In this document: one piece after another, positions 40,325 through 51,756 of the stretch
Layout of the letters: every line of letters begins with the position of its first letter
How positions within the stretch are numbered: the first letter of the stretch is position 1
Assembly (NCBI GenBank): GCA_021613535.1
Contig: CP075496.1
Coordinates: 992,001-1,056,000, forward strand
Direction: 5' to 3'
Length of the DNA: 64,000 nt
Origin: Adineta vaga
Taxonomy: Eukaryota > Animalia > Rotifera
Made by a program: the position numbers and the translations under genes
Notes under the pieces: model-generated
Database searches by the model: none
What the model was told of the DNA's origin: nothing
The model's input: only the letters and a program-made list of their open reading frames with translations

Positions 40325-40949
40325 TTATCTGAAAAAATTAAAATAGACAATATCATTAAACAAAATGAATTATGCAAAGAATATAAAAATAAATCATTTC
40401 TAAATAAGAACAATTGTAACAATTGTGTAACAAGACGATAATGAGAGAAAAGAATTACTGCAGAGTATTTACAACGATCAATAAAAATCCAACTCATCTG
40501 CACGACAATGACGAGTATTAGGAAACACAACACAAGCAATATTATTTGAAAAAAGAAACGAGAAATTTAGTTACTATCATTCCATTATCATTTGTTGATT
40601 CAGATTGCAAACGTATCTGATCACGAGGGTATTTTCGTTTTTTGTTTCATTGGAGGATATTGTGTCATATAATGAATTGGCTTAAATTGGGATAATAATG
40701 CTGAAGGCAGAGTTTATTGGGTAATGATTGATGACTGAATATGAAACCTTTCATTATACTTTAAATCACAAAAATTGAAAAGATTTCTCACAGATTCTCG
40801 TAAATTTGACTAAATATACATCACTAAATCTTGATATTTGTTAGGATTCATCAGCACTAAAAAGTCTGATTTTTCACCTTGCACTCATTTGAACATAACT
40901 TATATGATTTTAGGTGAAGTTTTATCGAAAAGACGTGAATGAGAAAATG

Positions 40950-41431
40950 TTTTCTTACTTGAATTAGTTTTGACAACGTTGCCGTTAGCATCAACTGTTC
41001 GTCCATAAATATTTTCTTTTAATATTGACGTTTCTTCTTCATCATACCAAGCAATTCCTCGTCCATCACCTATTTTAAATACAAAAAAAAATTCAGATTA
41101 AGTAATCTAAATTCTATTTCATTACCTTCTGCATGTGAAATTTCTTTTCTTCGATCTTTATCACAAAAATTCAATAAAGAATCTAACACATCATCAATAA
41201 AATCACGTAAGTATGTTTTACAAACTGGTTTAATTCCTAAAAGTTTCTCTAATTTTTTAATATTTGCATCTTCAATGATGTTCTTTCACTGCCTAACCTA
41301 ACATCAGTTTCTGAAGAAAAAAATCAAACTTTTTTTTGTTCATGCCATGCATTTCGTTTCGCTTTATCTAATTTTCTTTCTAATTGTCGACGTTGTTTTC
41401 TCAAAAGAAGAATATTTTGATTTTCTTTCGT
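40950..41431 (-). pseudogene. Decayed copy of the NOM1 5' exons (start mutated to ACG, internal deletions, stop)
   Basis: Colinear with 37170-38116 (catcaactgttcgtccataaatat; tttcttttcttcgatctttatcacaaaa; ttttctttctaattgtcgacgttgttttc). Confidence 0.85.
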
Positions 41432-41481
41432 CTAAAATAGATTTTATTTATTATTTAAGACATAAAAATATTCTACATAAA

Positions 41482-43634
41482 TCATCCAACTATTTCATCT
41501 GATTCAAGTTCATTTTCGAGATAAAATTCTGTTATTTTATGTACAAGATTATTAATATAAGAACTATGTTCGAGCATTTCATGTAAAATCTAAAAGAATA
41601 AAAATAAAAAATATTGTTTGGTTAAGAAACAAGTCATTTACTTGTTGTTCGAAAAGAACTTCTCGTGCATCATTTGAATCAACTGAAAGTGATACAAGAA
41701 AATCTTCATTGTATGGAACTGATCGAAGGGCAATCTAAAATGATTATATGAATTTAGAGTTTAGATGAAAAAAGAAAAGATTTACGGAAAATGCGCCGCG
41801 TGTGATCCATCCATGATAACGTTTTAATGTTTGTCCATATGCTTTGTTCATTGCATCTTCAACACTTCGATCACCTTGACCGAATTCATGAAGAAAACAA
41901 GATAAAAATGCAATACTCCTAAAATCAAGATGAATTATCTTAAGGAAATTCAGAGTTTGTCATAAGAGATCAGATTTCAATTCCTTGTAATTCAATAGGC
42001 AACTCTTATAACAAGATCAATCTTTTTCAATTGATAAATTGCTTCTTTTTGTTCAAATAGAAGATTTCACGCGAAAAAAATAAGTCATACTGGTCTTTAT
42101 AAATTACTGTCCAATTTGATTTCTCTCTCCTCTTCTAAAATTGATGATTCTAAATGAAATGTTACGAATAAATACCTTTTTAGCCAAAGAAGTGCATCAG
42201 TTGCTGAATTTTTTTCTTTTGTGGTTTTTGCGTTTATTTCATCATTCAAAATTGAAAATAATGTTTGGAATTTATTTGGATCATTACTAATTTTTCTTCG
42301 TAATTTCTATTCAAATCAAATGTCAATCTTTATTTCAAGATAAAGTACAACTTACGCTAATATTTCCATTAGCATCTGCACGTAGTGGAGTGAATGTTGT
42401 ACTATTAAATTTGTCTAGAAATGAATTTGTTATTGAAAAGTTTGAAAAACCAAAGAATTGATATACCGATAAGAGTAAGATATTGTTCACATGTTGAAAG
42501 AAAAAGTTCAGAATGAATATCTTTGAATGGTAAACAACTCAACTGGGCGAATCTAAAATCAATTCAAATTAGAAAAAGAAGTTAAATATCATTTAAATTA
42601 CGTGAATGGAAGTTGAGTAAAGAATGTCTTATAAACAATTTGTTTTGGTAAAAATGTTGTTGTTGTTGGTAAATTCGATGATCTAGAAGAGAAAGAAATA
42701 TATAATCTTCAATAAATTTAACAAGTATTAATCAACACAAACATAGGTGTTTCAAATTCATTAAAAGATTTTCGAAGTATTGTTGTCCCATCAGGGAGTT
42801 TTGGTGGAGATGGAGAAAGTAGAAGTAACGATTGAGATGAATCACCAGTTGCTAATTTAACACATTCATCAAGTGTATGAATAAATGCATCGCATGTAAC
42901 ACTTAACATTGACGAGGATTCATCTAATTTCTTGACGATAAAACGACAAACAAAATTATTTTCATGAAAAAAAAGACCCTAAAATAAATATACTTTAACA
43001 TCTGGAATAGGCGTATCATTTGCTATTGATTTAATTGCATGAATACCTTGAGTAAGAACTGTTTCGTAAAGACGTAATTCTTGTACTTTAATTTTAAGTT
43101 CACGATCAATTGCAGTTAGATGTGAAACTAGAAACAAAGTCAAATGAAACTATGTCAAATGAGAGAATATTAATTTACTTAATGTTGATGATGTATTTGT
43201 ATTATTATGATTACTGTTTGAATTAGATGTTGTAGTTGATTTTGTTCCACGAGATTTACATGTACCCAAAGAAACAAGCCAACGTTGCCGTTCAGGTTGA
43301 GATTTTGCTTTCAAACAAAAAAATTGTTCACCTGGAATAATCAAATCGAAACGAAGGGGATCATTTGGATGAGCTAAATTCATACAAAATTATATTCATT
43401 TATTTATTCTATGCAAATTTTATCAACCTTTCACTTCACAAGCAAGTACTAAACATGAACCTTTACATCCTTCATGAATCAATTCCTTTGATTTATAATA
43501 TGAAAGAACACCTGTTTCATTCAAAACAAAATAACGTGGTTGCCATCCTGAAAAGAAAAGTTTTATTAAACATTGTTATAATGAATTATTTTACCATTAT
43601 AATAATTAGTCCATTTATAAAGTATACCCTCCAT
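41482..43634 (-). CDS. PLEKHA8: PH + GLTP domain protein FAPP2/PLEKHA8, multi-exon
   Basis: MEGILYKWTNYYNG|WQPRYFVL..GVLSYY (FAPP PH domain), ERQRWLVSLGTCK, and GLTP motifs ATDALLWLKR and AYGQTLKRYHGWI; ends ELESDEIVG*. Confidence 0.9.
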
Positions 43635-44273
43635 GAAAAATCATTTACCCAAAAATATCAATAATCAAGAGAATTCGTTTAGAAAATGTGTCGATGTGCT
43701 TCTCAATGACTGTCACTAATGGTGATTGTCCTATAGCTATGTAGTAAAACAATCAAATATGCTTGATACAATGACTTGCGAATATTTCGTGTCTGACCGA
43801 AATTATCTAAAATATCGAATACGATGAAGATAATTATGATTTTTTTAAGAATATTTTAATAAATATACAATAAAAGACACTTTTGTGAAGAGATTTGTAT
43901 AGTGACAGGTCGACTTAGTTTTAGTATAGTACAGCGCGCGTCATAGTGAGTCATCAACGAATATAGAGGGAGAAGATTGACTTAGTCATAGGATAGTTTA
44001 AATATCAAATGATATGTTGTAATGAGAAATAAAATAATATAGAACAATTTTGTAAATCAAATATACATTATCGAATGATTCAATATGTTTTTACAGAAGA
44101 GTTTCATTTTTATCAAGTTCTAAACGAGAATATTCAATGGATTTAAAACATGTCTTTAGACATTAGCGCCCTCTGTCGTTGACTCTAATATATAACGATA
44201 TGCATCTGTTTCTGTGTACTTTTCTTTTTAAACGAAATTGAAGTAAAAGAAAAATCAATTAAAGTTTGAATAG

Positions 44274-45615
44274 CATGCATAGCTTTTTTTCGTTAAGAAT
44301 AATACTTCAATTGTTTTTCTTTTGAAGTATTCATAAAATATTATTATAATAGAAGAGAAGAGAGAAATACAACGCACAGCATCGTCCATTTGATTTATTT
44401 CTCGTGTCTACAAAAGTATAGACATTTCCAAATCTAAAACAGATTCAAAAAGAAAAAGTAAGCTCTAGTACTACCTATATTGACAAATCGAGTTTAAATA
44501 GATAATGTCTTTATGATGAGAGATGTAACTTTCTGTCTTAATTCATGTGAAGACAAACGAATGATATTCGTAGATTAAGAAAAAGGAAGTCGTATTCTTG
44601 TATATGGTGACCGATTGACCGATAGATAGAAATAATGCGGAAAAGAAATTTATGTATTGATTGAGGAAACGATAGTTTATACGTGACTACATATTGAAGT
44701 TACGTCATAAATGTGTAAAAATATTTTAGAAGATGATACATCTTGAGGGTGGGTGGGAGTAAATATCAAATATCGTGTATGTATCATGAAGGCCTACATA
44801 TTCTTGTCTCAATTACTACTTGGCATCTTGCGATCAAAAAGCTACAAGATTATTTTGGAGGGTTAAAATTGAAATGCATCTATTTACTTCAAAACAGCAG
44901 TGACCATGAAGAATTTAGTCTATAGTCAGACATAGAAACGGTTAGTCGCGAGGGGTCGACGAATGACCAGACGTTACTTTGAGAGGTTTGTAGTGAATAA
45001 ATTGAGGAAGATCAAAACACTTTTTGAGAAGTGGTTGACTTATCCACTTTCACAGTGCAAGTTGGTTGGTAAGATGAAGATACTGTACTCTTCCAGTACT
45101 GATACATTCATCCATGGTAGTAGTAAAAAATGTTGTAGCTGCTCCGCATAATGCGTTATTAAAATTAGAAACAACAATCTTTCTGATATGATTCTGTCAT
45201 ACATATAAACTATTACATCATTCTACGAATACAGATTAATCGTTGTACATATAGGCGGCAAATATATTTTGCACGAAGACTACTCTTTATCACAACACTA
45301 TTCAAAATATTTATTGATGTTAATTATTCAGTGGAGTATCAAGCGAATCACTTGTGGCGAACGTTATTTATCATAAATGTCAATTGAAATTCATCAACTA
45401 AGCAGAATATACGTATATTCTTTGTCTTATCTATGTATCAAGCATCAGTTGATGAATGTTGTGGAACGATACACTTAAATTCTCTAGAACGATCATTATA
45501 GACTTGAAATAATCATCGTTTTAGTTTGATTGCATGCATAGTTTTTTCGTTGTTAACAATAGTACTTTAATTGTTTTTCCTTCGAAGTATTAATAAAATA
45601 TTATTTTGATGGAGA
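44274..45615. repeat. Two ~80-bp diverged direct repeats (44274-44355, 45532-45615)
   Basis: gcatgcatag.ttttttcgtt...tactt.aattgtttttc.tt.gaagtatt.ataaaatattatt occurs in both. Confidence 0.7.
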
Positions 45616-46004
45616 TGATATGCAAGAGTATAGAATGTAAAATTTGACAGTTTTTTTTCAGCATTGATGAATATATTCAGTCAATAATTTCTATATTTAA
45701 AAAAAGTAAAAGTGAATTAATGAGATAGGGACATCGTCAAATGCAACCAATTTCATAAATATTTAAGCATAACTTTTGAGTATTACATCTATAACGTATT
45801 TTTTTCGTTTTATTAAAAGAATAAAAATATTGTTCACAAACCAATATATTCTTATTTCTGAAATAAGAGAAAAATAATTTATAAAAAACAGATTCATCCG
45901 CATATTGAGCATTCTAACATTATGAGACAAATAATCACAGTGCACATCAAATAAACTGAATGAATATGGTTGTGGAACAGAGAATTTTCCTTATTAACAT
46001 TATT

Positions 46005-46216
46005 TTAAAAGAATCCACCTGGTCCTCCTCCACCGCCAAATCCACCTTGTCCTCCGCCACCAAATCCTCCAGGACCACCAGATGGACCGAGGTGTAACAT
46101 ATTTCGTATCATACCTATAAATATATATAAAGGGAATAATTAGCAATGAGAATTGATGATATAAATGCTGTTGATTGGAACTCACCTCCAAGATGATGAT
46201 GATGATGACCGAACAT
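46005..46216 (-). CDS. Tiny His/Gly-rich peptide (~46 aa), 2 exons
   Basis: MFGHHHHHLG|GMIRNMLHLGPSGGPGGFGGGGQGGFGGGGGPGGFF* with a phase-1 GTGAGT..TATAG intron and an upstream TATAAA. Confidence 0.65.
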
Positions 46217-48397
46217 ATCAAAAAATTTCTTGTACTTTAATTTAAAACATTAGTTACCTGATAGTCGTCTATTTATACTAGCTTTTTCAATATATTGTAG
46301 ACAAATATTTGTACTTTTACCATAGCAGAAGTATCCGCCGCTTTATTTTTCTGTTTATTAGTTACGATAAGAAGAAAAAGTACAAGTAGAATATGTTTTT
46401 ATCGTTCTTCTCTCTTGATTATTCACATGTTTACTGTACATTTCATATTAAAAAAGTACATTGATTGTCATGATTACGTACAAAACTGAATAATTATAAT
46501 TATGGATAAAATGAGTACCGATAAACATATTTCATTAATGACTTTGCACTTCCTTCTTTCACGAAGGCGATATGTGGTAACTATTACATCCATCAGTAAT
46601 AATATCTTAAAAACTCGACCGTTATGATAAATATACTTTGACACTTATAGATTTCATTTATTTCTTATATTTGAGCATTATTGAATAGCAAATTTATAGA
46701 TATCTTATTGTGTATCTGTTTTTAAATTTAAACAAATATTTTTGACAAAAACAGATAAATAAAACTTGAATTTTCATTAGTTATATCAAAATTTATGTTG
46801 TACTAATATATTTAAACGTACAAAGAGAAACGAAAAACTCCGAGTTAAAATCGTGAAAAGTATAACACAGAATAATCGATTAATTCATAAATCATTTAGA
46901 AAAAATACAATTAAAAGTACATTTTGCTTCATGATTGAAAATTCTCAGACAACAACAATCATTTTCCACAGATTCAATTAAAGTTTCTCTATTATCATGA
47001 ATTCAAGATTATTTATTATCGAATAAATTTTAAATAGGTTAACCGAATAATAACAAAAGATTTTCAGACACAATTGTTTAGATTTAATCATGATAGTAAA
47101 TACATCAGATTATGTATAAAAGATAGTCGTCTATTAGAAAAAGGTCGAGAATCTAAAATTATTTTTAATTAAAAACAATATTACGCATCGTGAACATGCA
47201 CATGGTAATGTTTATTCGCCTGTATTGCTGACGAAAATCTAGTAAAACGAAGAAAAGTATGTATAAACTAACTGGGTACAAGAATATCTACCTACCAATA
47301 TACATTTAAAAATTATCATAGACTCAGTGAAGTGTATATTTTCCCAACTAATAGCTCAACAATTATGAATAAAACGTTTCAATCTTTGTTAAATTACGAT
47401 ATAATTATATTTTCTGCATTGATCTATTGTACTATTTTTATTTGTAATTAAATCTATGAAATACAGCTATCTAAATCAATTAATTGCGATATTGTCTACT
47501 AAACTTGATATTAAAGATCCAATATCGAAACCAGTCTATGTTACAGTATTTCATAATGAATCGTATGAAAATCGCATTGGAACTATTTGTTATCGTCGAC
47601 ATAGTTTTATGAGAGAAGCGATTATTATATTGACTGTTATGAGTCTACTAATATTAGCATTCATGTGATTTAAACAAGAAAATGATTCTATTTTTAGAAT
47701 TGACTCACTCAGTATATCATTAAGAACAAAAAGGAGTTTTATTCGAATGTAAACAAATCACGATAAGTGCCAATGGAATATTATTTCATAGTATTCACAG
47801 TGATTCAGGTAATGCTATTTATACGACTCTTGAGTTAATATAGTTTGAACATGATGTAGAGATGTGTATAAATATATATTTCTATTCAAATAGTAAATAT
47901 TGACGGTCAAACAAGTGGAGACTGGCTTTATTTTGAGAGGACGGTTTTTACATAAAAACTTGGATATAGTTTTCCTCAAAATAATGTTAAATTTTACGAT
48001 AAGAAAAGTGAAGCAAGTCTTAAAATAGATCAATTAGAACTTCAAGCTTCCATTCGTAATTGAGATAACATTTTCAAAATAGTATTTAATACTGTCTCAA
48101 TTATTCGATACAACCAAATCTTATGAACAACTACTTTACGATAAAATAAATTATCCATAAAAGCCTATAAACTGAACGTAATAAAATGCAAATATTTTGT
48201 TCATTCATTTTTGGTCGAGTCAGCCATTCAACTTTCAGTACTATGAAAAAATCATCAATGCTTTAAGGAAAGGAGTATGAATGTATATTTTATTAGTAAA
48301 ACTGCATATTTACACATAGTGGGGAGTTACGTTTTGTCTACAAAAATGGCAACTATTGTGCATATTACAAAGAATAAATGTGCTCGAACAGTATTCT

Positions 48398-48911
48398 CTA
48401 AGAAGGACCTCCATACCACCTTGACGACCATCGGGACCTCCATGACCACCTTGACGACCATCGGGACCTCCATGACCACCTTGACGGCCATCGGGACCTC
48501 CATGACCACCATGATGACCATCGGGACCTCCATGACCACCATGATGACCATCGGGACCTCCATGACCACCATTGACGACCGTCGGGACCTCCATGACCGC
48601 CATGATGACCATCGGGACCACCATGGTGACCACCTCGTTCTCCGTGTTCACCGCCACGACCTCCTGGACCACCTACAAAAGTGAGATAAATATTAATGTT
48701 ATATTTTGGTATAAAGAATCTTCAATCATTCACGCGTTATATGTGAGAGATTTGAAAACTATCAGAAATCTGTTGAACAACTTATACAGACAACTAATCA
48801 TAGATAACTGAAAATGAAATATTGTTTACCTCGTAATTCGACTGATCAGAAATGTGAATTAGAATCTCTTCGTTTTTTCTTATAAAACTTACCGAATCCT
48901 TGATCAGACAT
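48398..48911 (-). CDS. Gly/His-rich 30-bp-repeat protein with compensating +1/-1 frameshifts
   Basis: Exon 1 ATG TCT GAT CAA GGA TTC G|gtaagt; possible 12-nt microexon 48830-48841; last exon 48398-48672 consists of GGHGGPDG(HH/RQ) 30-bp repeats. Confidence 0.6.
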
Positions 48912-50262
48912 ATTCACAGATTTTTGTTGGGTTATTTTCAATTTGAATAAATCGATCAGGAATTAATGGGGTATATATAGGTATGTGTAGTTTTGTCCTC
49001 ATGAAACTTCAAGAAAATGTTTGTACTTTTTTCATAATGTGAGCGTTGACCTTTTCTTCCTCTTATTATTGAATACGATAGAAAATGAAGGTGTGTTTTT
49101 TCTTTCGCTCGTTCTTCTGTTCCGTGAATAATTCATGTATTGCTTTCCTTGCCGACACACATATGAATAACTATTAAATCAATCACAATAGTCTTTTAAA
49201 ATGTACTTTAACGGCAAATCAAACTAATATTTACTATTTATATCTTATTTATTTCTATTTAATACGGAAAAAACATCTAGTAACTATGACGTAGATCTCG
49301 AACTGTAAAGTATGTACTTTTTTCATTTGAAGAATGAGTGACAATTTAAAACTATTATTATATACAGTACAAATTGTACTTTTATGACAAAAAAAGTGGT
49401 GAGATTGTTTTTTATATTAGACGTGTAACAACGAATAATTCTATGCTGGAATTCTACGCGATATACGCTGAATTATTTATGAGAATTCTTACTGTAAGTA
49501 AAAACAGTTCATATAATTAAATGTAAAATAATCATATCGAGATGAAATTTTACGATATCTTATTTCACATTGTCCTGCTGTGTTAATACAAAAGATAGTT
49601 AGGTGTCGATTGTATTTAAATGTTATTTATTTATTTATTTCAAAGTTGATACGATGGACAGTTATTAAAAATAATCGATGTATTTTTAATGAAGATTTCT
49701 TCAAGTGTTCATCGGAAATTCATATAAAAACAAACAAGATAATATTGGTATAGAATTATTTTATAGAAATGAACTATTTCTCTTCAAGAAAAATGTAATT
49801 TTTTTGTTTGTATTTATATCCAAAAACGTTTGGTAATTCATGGTATGAATCGATGAAAATACACAAGAAAGTACGTGATTAGATATATTAAGAAACTTCG
49901 TTAGAAAGAGTAAGATGGCTAGAATGAAATATTTTTTCTAAACAAAATTTTTAGTTATACGAAGACAGTTTGGATATGAATTTAAAATAAGTCTATTGAG
50001 AGATACTAAAAGGTATGTAGAAATACTCTTCACAACTGATTTCTTTCAAAAATAAACAAAATATCTCAATTAATATTCAAAGCAATTGAATGCAATTCTT
50101 TTAAATAATAGTAACAATAACATGTAGAACAAAAATCGTTCATTATCATAATTACATAATTTGTAAAGTTTACAAAAAGTATTAATTATTGTAATATATT
50201 TTATAAAATGATATATAATTGAGCAACATTTCTCAATAAAAAATATCAGATCTACCGGATTC

Positions 50263-51100
50263 TTAACGTATACCACCATATCCTGGAGGACCACCGTACG
50301 GAACACCACCGAATCCTGCTGGTGCACCATATGGAACAGGCATAGGTGCACCGTATCGAGCACCACCAGGTCCACCGAATGGACTAGGCATGGGTGCACC
50401 ATATGGAGCACCACCGGGCGCACCATAGGGACCAGGCATAGGTGCACCGTAAGGAACAGCTCCAGGTGGACCATATGCACCAGGCATAGGCATAGGTGCA
50501 CCAAAAGGACCACCTCTAGGTCCACCGTATGGGACACCATATCCTGCAGGTGGACCATACGGCATACCTCCAGGTGGTCCGTACGGACTGCCATAGGGAC
50601 CAACACCATATCCTGCTGGTGCACCTTGATGACCATTATCATATTGTGCTTGTATATTGTCTTGAGCACCACCATGTACTCCTGGTCCATCATGATGACC
50701 ATGACTATTACCATAATCTGCTGATATCATGTGCTGATCGGCCATAGGTGCAGCATGATTATTGTGTGCGTTGCCTTGTGGTGTGTGTGAATGTGCAGAA
50801 CCACCTGATCCATGATCACTATGACTACCATGTGATCCCGCTATACAAAAAGAAAATGAGAATTAGAAGCAATATCTGCTTAGAAAAAAAACTATGATTA
50901 ATTCTTCGATTTTTACACATTTGTAAAGAAAAATGACTTCCGAAAACGTTTTTTTATTACTTATCACAAATCAATCACAACCGTTCTATAACATTACCTG
51001 AATGTTGATGATGATTGTGTCCATGATTATGTTGTCCGTGATTATGTTGTCCATGACTATGTGGCTTATGCGTATGTTGATGCTGTTGTTGACTAGACAT
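50263..51100 (-). CDS. His-rich N-terminus + Gly/Pro/Tyr-rich repeat protein, 2 exons
   Basis: MSSQQQHQHTHKPHSHGQHNHGQHNHG..|..GYGVGPYGSPYGPPGGMPYGPPAG..YGAPMP repeats; no signal peptide. Confidence 0.8.
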
Positions 51101-51756
51101 CTTTTCAAATCCTCACTGTTTCTCTCTCAATAAATGATTGACGATGAATGTGTTTATATATTGTCGTTTGGAAGACTTACTTGCACTTACAACAACATTA
51201 ATCCAGACAAATTTTTTCTTTCTGATTTGTTGGACAATGAGACAAAGTACAAAAATATTGTTTTTTTCATTTTCTATTTCAGAGTAGTTTTTTTCGTTGA
51301 TTCTCTCTGAAAATACCCATTTGGTCGCCTTGAAATAAATGTTATTGAAAAAAATATTTTCTTCTCACCAAAAGAATTACTTTCACATGAGAAGAATAAT
51401 GACGTCAAATAACATTTCTATACGAATAAAGAGTTTTACTAACTACAAAAAGAAGCAATTTTAAAGACGACAATGTTGAGTAAACATATTCTTTTGAAGA
51501 AAAAATCATGCCTATTCGTCATAGAAACATTTCAGACGATCAATTCTGTTATTCACTGAAAATTATTTTAAAACTTCATGGATTCTACATTAATTCAATG
51601 AAAGACATGTTTCATCTATGAAAGTCTAGACATGGCCGATGATTTCAATCTTTTAATCATTTGGTAGTAAAAAATGAGATCTATTCTTTTCTATTTATTG
51701 ATTATCTATAAAGAAAACTGATTTGATCATTATAAATTTAGTTTATAGAATGTAAT

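Noticed and set aside
48277-48684. Plus-strand ORF with TTLTTIGTSM repeats (and minus-strand VVMEVPM ORF)
   Set aside because: Shadow frames of the 30-bp Gly/His repeat; the splice signals and first exon support the other minus-strand frame.
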